From positions 1 to 27,212 of the forward strand of contig NW_021833346.1 in the NCBI RefSeq assembly GCF_006345805.1: a stretch of DNA of 27,212 nucleotides, written 5' to 3'. The DNA comes from Octopus sinensis (lineage: Eukaryota). Positions 10,411-22,683 of the stretch are shown one piece after another. The position numbers and the translations under genes were made by a program. Under the pieces are notes generated by a model. That model ran no database searches, was not told the DNA's origin, and saw nothing but the letters and a program-made list of their open reading frames with translations. How positions within the stretch are numbered: the first letter of the stretch is position 1; the number at the start of each line of letters is the position of its first letter.

Positions 10411-11114
10411 GGAGGAGAAGGAGGAGAGGAGAAGAGAAGAAAATTATAAAGTTGAAACAAAAGGAGGAAATTGAGACGTGGAGGAGGAGGAGGTGGAGGG
10501 CGCGAAGAGGAGGTGGGAATCATCATTTAAGCTGGAAATAGTTGTTGACATGCTGTCATCATCGTCGTGGTGATAATGGTTGTGCTGGTGTTGATGTTGT
10601 TGTTGGTGGTGGGAGGGTGGTAGCGACGGTTGTGGTGTAAGTGGTGGTGTTGGTGTCGGTGCTGGTTGTGGTGGTGGCGGTGGTGGCGTGTTGTTGAAGC
10701 TGGAGCGTGGTAAGGTCGGCGAAGGCGGAGAAACAAACGGCTGGTTAAATTTTAACAACTCGCCTGCGGTGATGGGACTTGAAGAGGCAAAGAGGTTCGC
10801 GGGAAACGGATATGAGGATAAGAGACGAGAGAGAGAGCGAGAGAGAGCTAGAGAGAGAAAGAAAGAGAGAGAAGTGAAAGGAAAGGTCGATGCAGTTAGA
10901 TGGTGGTGGTGGGTGGGGGGGGATTACAGGAGATGCGAGGATGGGGCAGGGAATGTGTAGGTTTTGTCGGAGTTTGACAATTTTTAACGAGAGATCTTTA
11001 CGGAAATCGTTAATTTTGCTTTTCACTTCGTAACCAAACCCCTGCCACCCCCACCCTCCTTCACAACTACAGACCAATGACATTAGCAACACGCCACTCA
11101 ATGAGGTAGTCTGT

Positions 11115-11620
11115 ATGTGGTCACGGATTACGTTAGAAATAACAGCCAAATCTCATACAAATTACACGTTGGTGGATATTCTTAGGTTTCGTGTATTTAC
11201 ATAGGGAAAAAGGTGTGATGGTCACAATCAGAATCCTTTTTATCCTCACTTTGATTACAATGAGAGGCAATATAGAAATTTTCGATGTGGATATTCAATG
11301 TACTAGAAATAGCAGTCAAATATTCAAATAACGCGTTTGTTAAAGTTGGAATAGCCATAAATGGAATCTCTGATTGACCATAGGCCCACCCGACCAGAGT
11401 TCATCTGCTTTTGTTCTCTTTTGATATAGATGCACCAGTATGGCCACAGTCTTTTGACTGAAACACATAAGAGAATAAAAGAATAAAAGAATTTTTAAAA
11501 CGCATTCACAATAAGAGGTAATGCAAGGTGGACAATCAATCTGCAAGAAATAACAGCCAAATCTCATTCAAGCCAATCATACGTTCATGTGTTCTTAAGT
11601 TTCATGTACAAAAGAAGAAA
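11115..11620 (+). repeat. Three fragments of an old dispersed repeat (family C, motif TAGAAATARCAGYCAAAT)
   Basis: Motif near 11133, 11304 and 11545; further copies near 4780(-), 6878, 17525(-), 17968, 18798, 19290(-), 22375. Confidence 0.65.
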
Positions 11621-11642
11621 AAAGGGAGAAAGAAATCCAAAA

Positions 11643-11773
11643 GGCCTGACCTGTTGACCTCGGCGGAATGAGCGGTCACTCTCACGAAATAAACACGTCT
11701 TTTCTCGCTGCCGTCTCTGCTCGAACTGACCACACGTGCTTCGTGCCCACGCATGCCCTGTGCCTGTGTCACA
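11643..11773 (+). mobile_element. Possible 3' part of an LTR
   Basis: GC-rich island with GAAATAAACACGTC (polyA-signal-like), ending in TGTCACA; no partner LTR or PBS seen. Confidence 0.3.
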
Positions 11774-11873
11774 AGCCCCTGAAGTCCTTACTTCCGTCTA
11801 TCTCATCCACAATCCCCTCCACCAACACCACATAGCTCCATCACAGCCCATAACACCACTAACACCACAAAAG

Positions 11874-12508
11874 GTAATATTTATTCCCAGTTAAACGTTG
11901 ATGTTCTGTTAGAACAAACTATACTGTGGCAGATACCATGAGAAAAACTCCCATTATTGGCTTATGGTGCAAAATGCATTCTTGTTTACATCACTTGCAG
12001 GAGGAGATGAATCCCTACAATCTCCAGCACCGAGACCATCACATTACGTGATTTCGGCCGCCTTTGGTCATGTCAATGATGGGCGCTCAACCGTTAGAGA
12101 TAGCTGCGATTCATTTCATGGCATCAACCGCAGGATAGATTGTTCTTCTCCGCGTTTGAACGGGGGTAAGTGTTACGTCACGCTATTAATATTGCCTCTA
12201 TCACTAATTTTAAAACAGGGTTCATTGGCTAATCGCGACACCAGTGCCTGTTCTGGCACGGTTATTCTATATATCGCTGGCGGGGAGGTGAATCGCTGCT
12301 ACCTCTAGCTGCCGAGCGTCCATCGACAAAACCAAGGAATGTCGAAATCACGGGAACTGGTTGCCTCGGCGCGAGAGTTGGTGGGGATTTTCTCCCCGCT
12401 AACGATGTAAGTATGCATGTATTTTACTCTAATAGCCAATATGAGGGTTTCTCTCATGGCAACTACCGCAGTATAGTTTGTTCTAAAAGAAGTGTGAATA
12501 AATACTAC
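11874..12508. repeat. Long imperfect inverted repeat (fold-back or MITE-like)
   Basis: TTAGAACAAACTATACTG (11909-11926) is the exact reverse complement of 12469-12486; similarity continues to about 12117/12286. Confidence 0.85.
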
Positions 12509-12642
12509 AACTAAAGTGCCTTAGTAAAGGACAAAGCGAGACGCTCTTCCCTGAAAACGAACCTGCGCCAGGCTAACACCTCAACCACTAATTCGCTCAC
12601 GCGCCTTAATTATACTTGAAACGGAAAGAACAAAACAAGCAC

Positions 12643-12780
12643 TTTCGTCGATTACAAAATCGCCTCCAAAATGAATTCAACACTCTTTATAAGTTGGTCA
12701 ATAAACTGTGCTGAGTTATCCGAATTTTTTAGTTAGTCTGAATTTTTAAAATTGTAAACATAATTTATGGACAACCTTTA
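12643..12780 (+). mobile_element. Probable 3' end of a Tc1/mariner element
   Basis: FRRLQNRLQNE../QHSL* resembles a transposase C-terminus; terminus CATAATTTATGGACAACCTT|TA resembles a Tc1-type TIR. Confidence 0.45.
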
Positions 12781-12952
12781 CATATATACATATTCACACA
12801 TATGTACATATACAAATAGTTTTGGAGACGTACATACGCAAATATTTATACAAACATATATTAATGAAGTACAGTTTATATGAAAGGGGACGGAGCGGGT
12901 GAAATAGCAAAAGTTAGAAAGAAAGAAAAGATAGAAAGATAGAAATATGTGC

Positions 12953-13042
<90 letters not shown>

Positions 13043-13220
13043 ATCTATCTGTGTGTGTGTGTTTGTCTGTATGCCTCTCTGCTTAATTGTCTGTCTAGTT
13101 ATCTGTCTTTCTGTCTGTCTATATGTATGTTTGTATATATGTATGTGTGTGTGTGTGTTTGTTGATATTATATGTTTGTATGTATGTGTATGGGTGTGGC
13201 CACAAGAAAGAAAGAAAGAA
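12953..13220. repeat. (CTAT)n/(TG)n/(GAAA)n microsatellites
   Basis: Directly visible. Confidence 0.9.
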
Positions 13221-13486
13221 AGAAATGTGTTGGAAGTGGTGCGGGTGTTGACGAGGAAGAATCGGATTAAAACTCGCCTTTAAATTTCGGCGATTTGATT
13301 GAGGTGGCCGGCGGCTAATTAAAGGGGAATAAGAAATGTGTCTTAATTAATCAAAATGTCGTTAGAAGCCCAGACTGTGTCTTTTCCTCGCAGAGAAGAC
13401 CAGGTGGTTCTTCGGTTGGTGTGGACCTTTAACTACGGAGGAGAAGAAGAAGAATCAACAACAGTAAAGTGTCTACAGACACATCT

Positions 13487-13497
13487 CGAAGAAGAAA

Positions 13498-13529
<32 letters not shown>

Positions 13530-13770
13530 AGAAGAAGAAGAAGAAAGAAGAAAGAAAGAAGAAGAAGAAGAAAAGAAGAAAGAAGAAGAGAAGAAAGAAG
13601 AAGAAGAAGAAGAAGAAGAAGAAGAAGAAGAAGAAGAAGAACAACAACAACAACAACAACAACAAGAACTAGAACAACAATCACAACAGGAAGAGGCTTT
13701 TAGGCATTTCCTTGCTATAGCAACGACGGCGACGATAATAATAATAATCACTACTATATTATTATTATTA

Positions 13771-13816
<46 letters not shown>

Positions 13817-13840
13817 CATATTATTATATTATTATTATCA

Positions 13841-13888
<48 letters not shown>

Positions 13889-14035
13889 CATTATTATCAT
13901 TATTATTATATCTATTATTATTGTTATTATTATTATTAGTAGTAGTAGTAGTATTGTATTATCATACATCATCAGTATTATTGTTATTATTATTAGATTA
14001 TTATTATATTATTATTATTATTATCATCATCATCA

Positions 14036-14075
<40 letters not shown>

Positions 14076-14103
14076 CATACGCATGTATGTATGTATGTAT
14101 GTA
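13487..14103. repeat. (GAA)n, (CAA)n and (TAT)n microsatellites
   Basis: Directly visible. Confidence 0.95.
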
Positions 14104-14509
14104 TAAACATAACTGTTAGAATACATAAAACAACAACAATAACGCCAATCTGAACGTAAACAATTGTATTAACAACAACGACAACAACAGTAATAGTCGC
14201 GATTTGTATTGCTTTCGACTTTTCCAAATTAATACAAACGACAGAAAAGTATGAAAGATTGAGGAAGAAATTGAGTGGAAGAAGAGGAGACAGACGCTGG
14301 AGGTGGTTTAGGATAAACAGAGAAGAAGACAAAGAGAAAGAGAGAGGGGAGAGAGAGAGAGAGAGGGAGAGGGAGAGAGAGATAGTATAAGGCATGATAG
14401 TGATGATGACATTTAGATATATATAATTCATATTATATTCATATTTAGGCGTATTTTGTATTTTTCAATAAATAAATTTTCTTTATTTAAATGTCTATAT
14501 CACATACTA

Positions 14510-15605
14510 TAAATGACGAACTTTTATATCACAAACTTTAACTGTAAACCAAATCTTTTTACGACCTAGCTAAAATACACAAGAGCAAGATAGTTAATGA
14601 AGCTTGCACTGCAATCACCAGACAAATACATGAATACCCTAGCACTAGAAGATTTAAAGTTAAGACCCATTATAGCTGGTCCAGCCTGTGAAACCCACCA
14701 CCTAAGCAATTTTGTAAACATCCTACTGAAAATCTTGCTGAAAATTTTCATTAGAGACGATCTAAATATGCTTGAGCACCTACCAAAAATAACTGATGAA
14801 GAGACATTAATGGTTTCCTTCGATGTTATTAATCTTTACACCAATTTCTCACGTGACTATGAAATAAAAGTAATAAAATTATGGTTGGTAAAGTACCCTC
14901 GAAGTACTTCCGGAACGCATGAATCAGGTTTTTATTATGGAAACTTAAAAATTTATGCTTCAGAACAATTATTTCCTCTTTGATGACACTTACTATGACC
15001 AAAGATGAAGAACTGCGATGGGAACGAAAGCAGCCCCTGTTCTTTCGGACCTAATAATGGGTTATTTTGAATTAACCATATATAAAGTGTCACTGCTAAA
15101 ATATGGACATCCATTTCACCATTGTATAAGAGAAAACTGGAAAAGGTATATGGATGACTACTTCATCATTCGGAAGGAAGCCATTGATAAACTTTTGGAA
15201 TTTAAATCAATACAAAATGATATAAATCCTAACATTCAATTTACAATGGAATATAGTAAAGAACAGCTTCCTTTCTTGGATATTATGATAAAAACCAAAT
15301 TGTAACTGAGATTTATTATAAACCAACGGACTCGAAACACTATCATCAGTTTAGTATATGCCACCCGAAACACATCAAAATATCCCCTCCAATTTAGCAA
15401 AAAATGGAGTTGTTCAATAGTGTCTCAAGGAAATACCCGGGACCACCTTCTTCAAGACCTCAGAGCAGCACTAACTGAGAGACAATATCCACCCTCACTT
15501 ATAGACTATGGAGTTAAGCGTGCCAAGAAATCAGGCATCAAAACACTTAGGAAAACAAAACGTAACATCACACATCATCTCAAAACACTATTGTATATAC
15601 ACTGG
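14510..15605 (+). pseudogene. Penelope-like element reverse transcriptase, decayed (frameshifts and stops)
   Basis: FYDLAKIHKS, LRPIIAGP, SFDVINLYTN, NNYFLFDDTYY, TAMGTKAAP..LIMGYFE, WKRYMDDYF, IQFTMEYSKEQLPFLDI, YYKPTDS..CHP, RQYP: collinear PLE RT motifs; no GIY-YIG domain retained. Confidence 0.92.
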
Positions 15606-15739
15606 CGAAAATAAATTTAAGACCGATGATAAAAGTTCTATTTCTTACGAAATATTTTGTTACTAACACCATACAAACTTTCTATCTTTTACACCTTATG
15701 CAGAATTTATTTCTCTTTCGAATAACTATTTTTATGCAA

Positions 15740-16260
15740 CATGCTCCTGCTCCTCACCCTCCTCCTTCTCCCTCTCCTCCCCGTCCCCCTCCCATCCCTC
15801 CTCCTCCTCCCATCCCTCCTCCTCCACCTCCCATTCCTCCTCCACCTTCTCCTCCCATTCCACCTCCTCAACCTCCTCCTCCTAGTCCCAGTCCTCCTCA
15901 CATTCCTCCTCACATTCCTCCTCCTCTTCCTCGTCTTCCACCTCCTCATCCCCTACCTCCTCCATTCCTCCTCCTCATCTTCCTCCTCCATCTTCCTCCT
16001 CATCTTCCTCCTCCGCTTCCTCATCTTCCACCTCCTCATCATCTTCCACCTGCTCATCAACTTCCTCCTCCATTACTCCTCCTCATCTGCCTCCTCCTCA
16101 TCTTCCTCCTCCATTACTCCTCCTCATCTTCCTCCTCCATTACTCCTCCTCATCTTCCTCCTACTTCTTCTCCTCCTCCTCCTTCTCCTTTTTCTTGCAG
16201 TTGTTGTTGTTGTTGTTGTTGTTGTTCTTCTTCTTCTTCTTCTTCTTCTTCTTCTTCTCA
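15740..16260. repeat. Degenerate (CCT/CAT)n tract followed by (GTT)n(CTT)n
   Basis: Directly visible; includes recurring CTTCCTCCTCCATTACTCCTCCTCAT units at about 16061-16153. Confidence 0.9.
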
Positions 16261-16530
16261 AACACCTCACTTTAATTACTGAAAATTAACTGATTATTCT
16301 GTCTCTTTTTTTCCCTCTCTAGTTTTCTCTCCTTTAAAAAAAAAGGTCTATTCCTCTCTCTTTCCTCTTCTCTCTTCCTCCTTCACTCTGTCTATCCTCC
16401 TCTTTCTCCATTTCCCTCACTCCTTCATTTCTCTTTCTCTCTCTCTCTCTCCCTCCCCTTCCCTTACAACCTTCCTATTTCGCCGCTTTCGTTAAATATG
16501 TTTGATCTCGCCACTTTCAGCGCGCTACGA

Positions 16531-16916
16531 GTGTATGTATGTATGTATGTATGTATGTATGTATGTATGTATGTATGTATGTATGTATGTATGTATGTAT
16601 GTATGTATGTATGTATGTATCTATGTATGTATGTATGTATTACGTATGTATGTATGTATGTACTATGTATGTATGTATGTATGTACGTATGTACGTATGT
16701 ATGTATATATGCATGTGTGTATATATATATTTATGTATGTGCAAATGTATGTATGTAAGTATGTATGTGTGTCTATGTATACACCTATATCTACCACATA
16801 CCTATCTATCTGCTTATCTATCTACAGATAAAAATACACTCACAAACACACACACACAAGCACAAACACGCACAAACACACACCACACACACACACCACA
16901 CATACATACAAACACA

Positions 16917-16949
<33 letters not shown>

Positions 16950-16965
16950 TCACACACACACACAC
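16531..16965. repeat. (GTAT)n and (CA)n microsatellites
   Basis: Directly visible. Confidence 0.95.
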
Positions 16966-17439
16966 GAACACTAGCTCGAGCATCGGTGTTACATGCAGCC
17001 GAAAGACCCTGTCTAATGGCGGCGTTCAGCAACAACTTTCCAGTTACGTCACAAATCGTTTATTTTTAAGGAACGGCACATCAACATTTCTTCCCCTCCT
17101 CCACTTACACAATCAATTAGAGTGCAATTTCCCTATTGGTTGTATCATTGTACCTTGTCTGTGTGCCTGTATATGTAAGTATTGTCTTGACAGTGTACGT
17201 ATGTACGTAAGTGAACGGATAGAGTGTCACTCGATGATTTTCGAGTTTAATCTGGAGTGGTTGTGAGTGGTTTTAATCAGATGGCTTCAAATCTCAGCCC
17301 TGCGAGCGAATCGACATATCTGAATTGTTGTTGTAGTTGCTGCTGCGGCCGCTGCTTCTGCTGCTACCGTTATTGCTGTTGTTGTTGCCATCACTGCTGC
17401 TGTTGCTACTGTTGTTGTTGTGTTGTTGTTGTCGTTGTT

Positions 17440-17570
17440 GTTTTAGCCCCCAATAAACAGACCAATGATCAGAAATTGAGTGGAAAGACTAAGGTGTCTT
17501 CTTAATAATCTTAATGAGACTTGGCTACCGTTTTTAGCAATTGAAGCGGCCCTATGAAAGCTTTCTCACT
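17440..17570 (-). repeat. Family C repeat fragment
   Basis: TTTTAGCCCC...ATGATCA...TTGGCTACCGTTTTTAGC is the inverse of features in 17920-18185. Confidence 0.5.
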
Positions 17571-17779
17571 GTTGTTATCGTTTTATACACATTTCACCAG
17601 ATTTATCTTAGGGGAGAGGGGAGAAAAATACTTCAAGAAATCTAAAGGGTTATGTGCGTTCCTCTTCGCTGGACTTATTATATTATGAAGAATGAATATT
17701 CTACATTTAAATAGCACAAAAAATGTTTAATAAAATTATCGACGATTTCGACTTCGCTGGGCAACCACTCGTTTTTTAA

Positions 17780-17784
17780 TTATG

Positions 17785-17828
<44 letters not shown>

Positions 17829-17829
17829 G

Positions 17830-17893
<64 letters not shown>
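17780..17893. repeat. (TAT)n microsatellite
   Basis: Directly visible. Confidence 0.95.
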
Positions 17894-17894
<1 letters not shown>

Positions 17895-17919
17895 ACAGCT
17901 CCCTTACTATATCGTTGCA

Positions 17920-18185
17920 ATGTTCGAGTCAGTAATTATGCCTGTATAAAATCACTGCACAACCAGTTAGAAATTGTAGCTATATTTCCCTCAAATTAAA
18001 AACAATTGATCTCTTTTTGTTTTTTTAAAGAAAGAACAAGAGCAAACTGATGTATACATGTTATAAGGAAGTTCTTGATATACAATATATCAATACCTGT
18101 GGAAAGAAAATGGGGTTAGTCATGACTGGAACGTCTGTTGATCATAGATATGCTCAATTTTATCTGATAAGGGGGCTAAAGAATA
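17920..18185 (+). repeat. Longest family C repeat copy
   Basis: TAGAAATTGTAGCTATATTTCCCTCAAAT...GTCATGACTGGAA...TTGATCATAG...GGGGCTAAA followed by (AAC/GAC)n. Confidence 0.55.
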
Positions 18186-18889
18186 GCAAGAACGAAGACA
18201 ACGACGACGACGACGACGACGATGATGACAATAACAACAACATTAACAACAAAAGCAACAGAAGCAACATCAGCAACAACAACAACATCATGGTAAACTT
18301 ATAATCCTCCATTATAATCCTCCATGGGCGTTCTTCTTTCTTAAGAAGGATAAGACTTTCATGCTGGATACGCAGAACATTCCGGGTCCATTTAACAAAA
18401 TGTTCTAAGCGTTAATGGGCTTAAATAATCAATACCAAGAGGTTTTTGATAATATCCATAAGTTATTGATATTGTCATCAAACCAATACCAGCACAATGG
18501 TATAACGTAGGATATGACATCTAGGTTTTGGTTAATACATCGGACTATAGAATCGAGTTGGTTATTCACCATTCCTCCATTGACAAACTCAAAGAAGGCC
18601 ACCACAAAAGTTTCCTGTGATTTATTCTTCGTTTGTGTTAAACCATTTCAAGACAAAGCAAAACTCATTCTAAGATATTTCCTAAGATGTTGTTCCATGA
18701 ATAGCAGTTTGCACGTCAGAAAAATCACAAACCATTACGAATTAATTATAATTGGTCTTTTCAATTGATTGATCATCGGTAGGGTTGTTCGAGCTACTAG
18801 AAATAACAACCAAATTTATTTCAAGCTCTAACCTACCGTTTTGAAATATGAAGGACTTACTGAATAAAGTAGTCTTAGGTAGTGGTCTG

Positions 18890-19163
18890 TTTGTCATGAC
18901 CCCTAGAACTCATGAGGTCGGAACTTCACCTGATTTCCATAGCGTGTATGTAACTGAGGTAACAACACTCCCACTGGGTGTGTCGCCAGTCCGTCGCAGA
19001 GTTAACTTCACATTTATTGCTGGAACCCATTTACAACTGAGCGGAGTGGAGCAGCTTGAAATGAAGGGTTTTGCTCAAGAACACGACTCACCGCCAAGTC
19101 CGGGAATTGAAACCACGAGCTTATTATTCTGAGCGCAACACTCTAGCCACTAGGACACGCGCT
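18890..19163 (-). mobile_element. tRNA-headed CORE-type SINE nested in a family C copy
   Basis: Minus strand A-box TGTCCTAGTGG, B-box GTTTCAATTCC, CORE-like GTGTTCTTGAGCAAAACCCTTCATTTCA...GTAAATGGGT, then CTGCGACGGACTGGCG. Confidence 0.85.
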
Positions 19164-20914
19164 TTCGCAGTTACCCATCCTTAAAAAATAGAGGGAGGTA
19201 GTCAGAACTGGAATGTTTTTTTTTATTATAAATCTGATGGGAACTGAGCTATAGCAACAACAAATACGTTTACTTCAGAAGAAATTTGACTTATTTCTAG
19301 CATGTCGAGTGACCACTTAAAGGGATAGTCGTTAACTCCTTTCCTCGGTGAGTCAAATGTGATCTCCACCCCTCCCCCCCCCCCACACACACACACACCA
19401 TGACCATTACTCTCATTCCTTATCATACTGACGTCCACCTTCAATTAAGTGCACCGTTGATATCCAATGTTACACGTGTTTCTGATAAACCAAATACCAT
19501 TTTTGATCTTCGTCTCACTTTTGGACACAGCCATGGCTCAACCACCATCCTCTCTGCAGACATCGAATCGTAAAAATTTTTACTTACCAAATTGATACTT
19601 TTATATACAGACATCCTGGGTCGTATCCAAAGGGAAGCCGCTCGCACTTACTGCTGCTCAATCATTAAAGGGCAAGCACCAGTTTGAAGCCCAGAAGCGT
19701 GAACCACAGAATGGAGCGTCGCTCTATCTTTTCTATCGATAACACCATAATGGCCTCTGCTCCTCGCCTCTGGTTATTCTCATGCACCCACCACCACCAC
19801 CACCACCACCACCACCACCACCACGACTACCATCGTCACCACTCAGACACACCATCCCACACCTCTCCCCAACTCCACTCTATCCATTATACCCAGTTTT
19901 TTCTTCCCAGCTGATCGTCCATCTGGAATCTTCTTCATTCACATGTTTCTCCCGCAGGGCTTGTCCTGCAGCAGTTAAAACCAGGGATCGGTAAAATTCT
20001 TATAACATTCACCCTCTTCATGGAATCGTTAATAACATATCGACACCCAACATGTTTCTAAAATAAAATTAAAACTTATAATTAATAAAAAAAAAAATTC
20101 TAAATTTAAAAACAATAATTCGTCTTTATTTTGTGTGTGTAATTAATTACTGCTCTTTAATGAAAAATATTTTCAAGAAATTTAATGCAAATACTTAACG
20201 AAACTGATGAAGGACATTACAGATTCAACCATATTATTTTGATATAGTCGGAGTATTTACTATGAAATGGGTGATTGGCGAATACCAGTTAATATTGCAG
20301 GGATATTTGGTTGCAAATTAGTGAGTTTTAGCCTAAAATTATCGGCGTTCTTCCAGACTCAATTTAACACACTGATGACTCAAAATCCTTTCAGACATTT
20401 ATCGGCCCTTCGGAGAGCCACATTGACTTCCAGGGTTTCAACAATTTGCCCACCCTGCTTTATACGGGACATTAATCATATCCAGTTTTCTTCATATCCG
20501 GCTCCCTTCGTTTTTTAGTGTTAATAAGGCGCCTCTCCAAAGCCCCTTTACCACAGCATCATAATTACCACTAAATAAACATTGTCTTCACCCACAAAAA
20601 ACTTCCTTTTAGTTGTTGAAACTTCTAGAAATACGATTGGAATTCTTTTGAATACAGGTTCGCAAAATCAGAGAAAAATAACCAGAACAGATTCAGCAAA
20701 TGAACCACTAATGTGATCCAAACACTCTCTACCACTTCCTACAAGGTCCTCAGTTGGGCCATTCCTTCATAGAGAGTTCCTATCCTCGAGAAACCCTCTC
20801 TGTCCTCCAATGGAAACACTCCATAGTGTCCCTAAAATGGTAACCTCTCTGATCTGAGTGCTGCCTCTCTCTCATTTCTAACATCTCCAATGTTATAGTA
20901 ACATTTGGATTCAG

Positions 20915-21005
20915 GACGGCATTTGAACTCAGAACGCAGAAAGGTGGGAGAAATACTGGTAAACATTTTGATCGCCGTTCTAACGACTCAGCCACCTCCT
21001 CGCCT
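20915..21005 (-). mobile_element. 5' head of a family A SINE
   Basis: Minus strand GGCGAGGAGGTGGCTGAGTCGTTAG...CGTTCTGAGTTCAAATGCCG. Confidence 0.75.
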
Positions 21006-22061
21006 TACTTCATGTCTACAAAATAACCGTGAATAATCACTGTTTAAGTCTCTACCGTAAAATGAAGCAAGAATAAAGCGTAATTTTTTAAAAAATTATA
21101 TCCAATCAAAATAATTTCCTATAGTTTAAAAGAATCTCTATATAACGAATTATCTGTTATTGTTCATGTTGGTGTTGTGACTGCTGTTGTTGTTGTTGCT
21201 TCTGCTGTTTTTAGTGTGCGTATCAATAACTGGTTAATTTTTATTACATTATATGGCCAAGCAACAATTAAAAATTAATCATGCAGAATTGTATGTCCTG
21301 TTGAATTAATAAGTTATTACTCTTAAAGTAAAAGGATAATTTATTTAGCAATTAAAAACACATTTTTAAAATTACTAAAATCCACATGCACCATGGAGGA
21401 CAAACGACGTGAAATTCACGTCGGCCATTTTGTTTTTTTATTCATTACTGCTTATTTTTAAAACTTTTATTCATCTATTCATTGCTTTGTTCGTTTTCTT
21501 TTGTTTTTATTTGTTTTTGTTATATTGTATTTTATTTTTATAACACCTCACTTTGCTTTGCTTTTGTTCTTTAGATAATCCAGAGAAAGTAATTAAAATT
21601 TAAAAAGCTTTTAAAGACTTTTATAACGACTCATTAATAAAATCTAGTATTTAAAATATATATATATAAAAAAAAAGAAACAAAACGCAAAATAAACAAA
21701 AACGAAAACAAAAGCCAAAACAAAGCAACATCAAACCAAGAAAAGAAAAATGTCGGTAGGAAGCTATCTTTTTCAGTTCCGCCAAAACAGACAAACTAAA
21801 CTTTTATTTGTAATAATTCACTCTCGGCTCTGCATTTCTTTTATTATTATTATTTCAACTTTACGATGACTGAGAAAACAAACAATAACAACAACAACAA
21901 CGACAACAACAACAGCAATAGCAGAAAGACAGTGTAATTGGTGGCCAAGATGGCGGTGTTGCAAAGATTATGTTCAAGCGATGAACTGTTTAGAATTTCA
22001 TTTTAATATTCTGCTGTTCCGTGATTAGAATATTCTCTGAGTGTTTATACTCAGAAATGAG

Positions 22062-22063
<2 letters not shown>

Positions 22064-22141
<78 letters not shown>

Positions 22142-22169
22142 GGTGGTGGTGGTGGTGGTGGTGGTGGTG

Positions 22170-22201
<32 letters not shown>

Positions 22202-22253
22202 TGTGGTGGTGGTGGTGGTGGTGGTAGTAGTAGGAGTTGTGGTAGTGGTGGTG

Positions 22254-22289
<36 letters not shown>

Positions 22290-22290
22290 G
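22064..22290. repeat. (GTA)n/(GTG)n microsatellite
   Basis: Directly visible. Confidence 0.95.
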
Positions 22291-22562
22291 CCGCTGTTGC
22301 AACAAGAAGAAGTCGTTCTTTATCGGATAATCGGGAACCAACAATGGAACGGCTATGTGTATCACTCCAAGTGCGAGAAATAGCAGTCAAATGCCGGTCC
22401 ATCATATTAAAGATATCTTTAAAAAAGGATGGAAATCTAGGTAAATATAAATCAAAGTAATTCGTATAAGATTAAAATACAAGTAAATACATGCATACGG
22501 ATATATAAATGTATACATACGTTTATAATATATCCACGTATACATTATTTCTCTATCAATGA

Positions 22563-22629
<67 letters not shown>

Positions 22630-22683
22630 AGTCTGTCTGTCTGTCTGTCTGTCTGTCTGCCTATCTATCTGAGATACCTAATC

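Noticed and set aside
11964-12308. 114-aa ORF
   Set aside because: Lies inside the inverted repeat; no protein motif
15626-16289. Proline-rich extensin/formin-like ORF
   Set aside because: Degenerate CCT microsatellite, open in multiple frames and not continuous with the PLE RT
18299-18324. 13-bp tandem duplication TTATAATCCTCCA
   Set aside because: Simple local duplication with no associated element
20204-20230. CTGATGA hammerhead-like heptamer (also near 20372)
   Set aside because: No downstream stem II, GAAA or NUH
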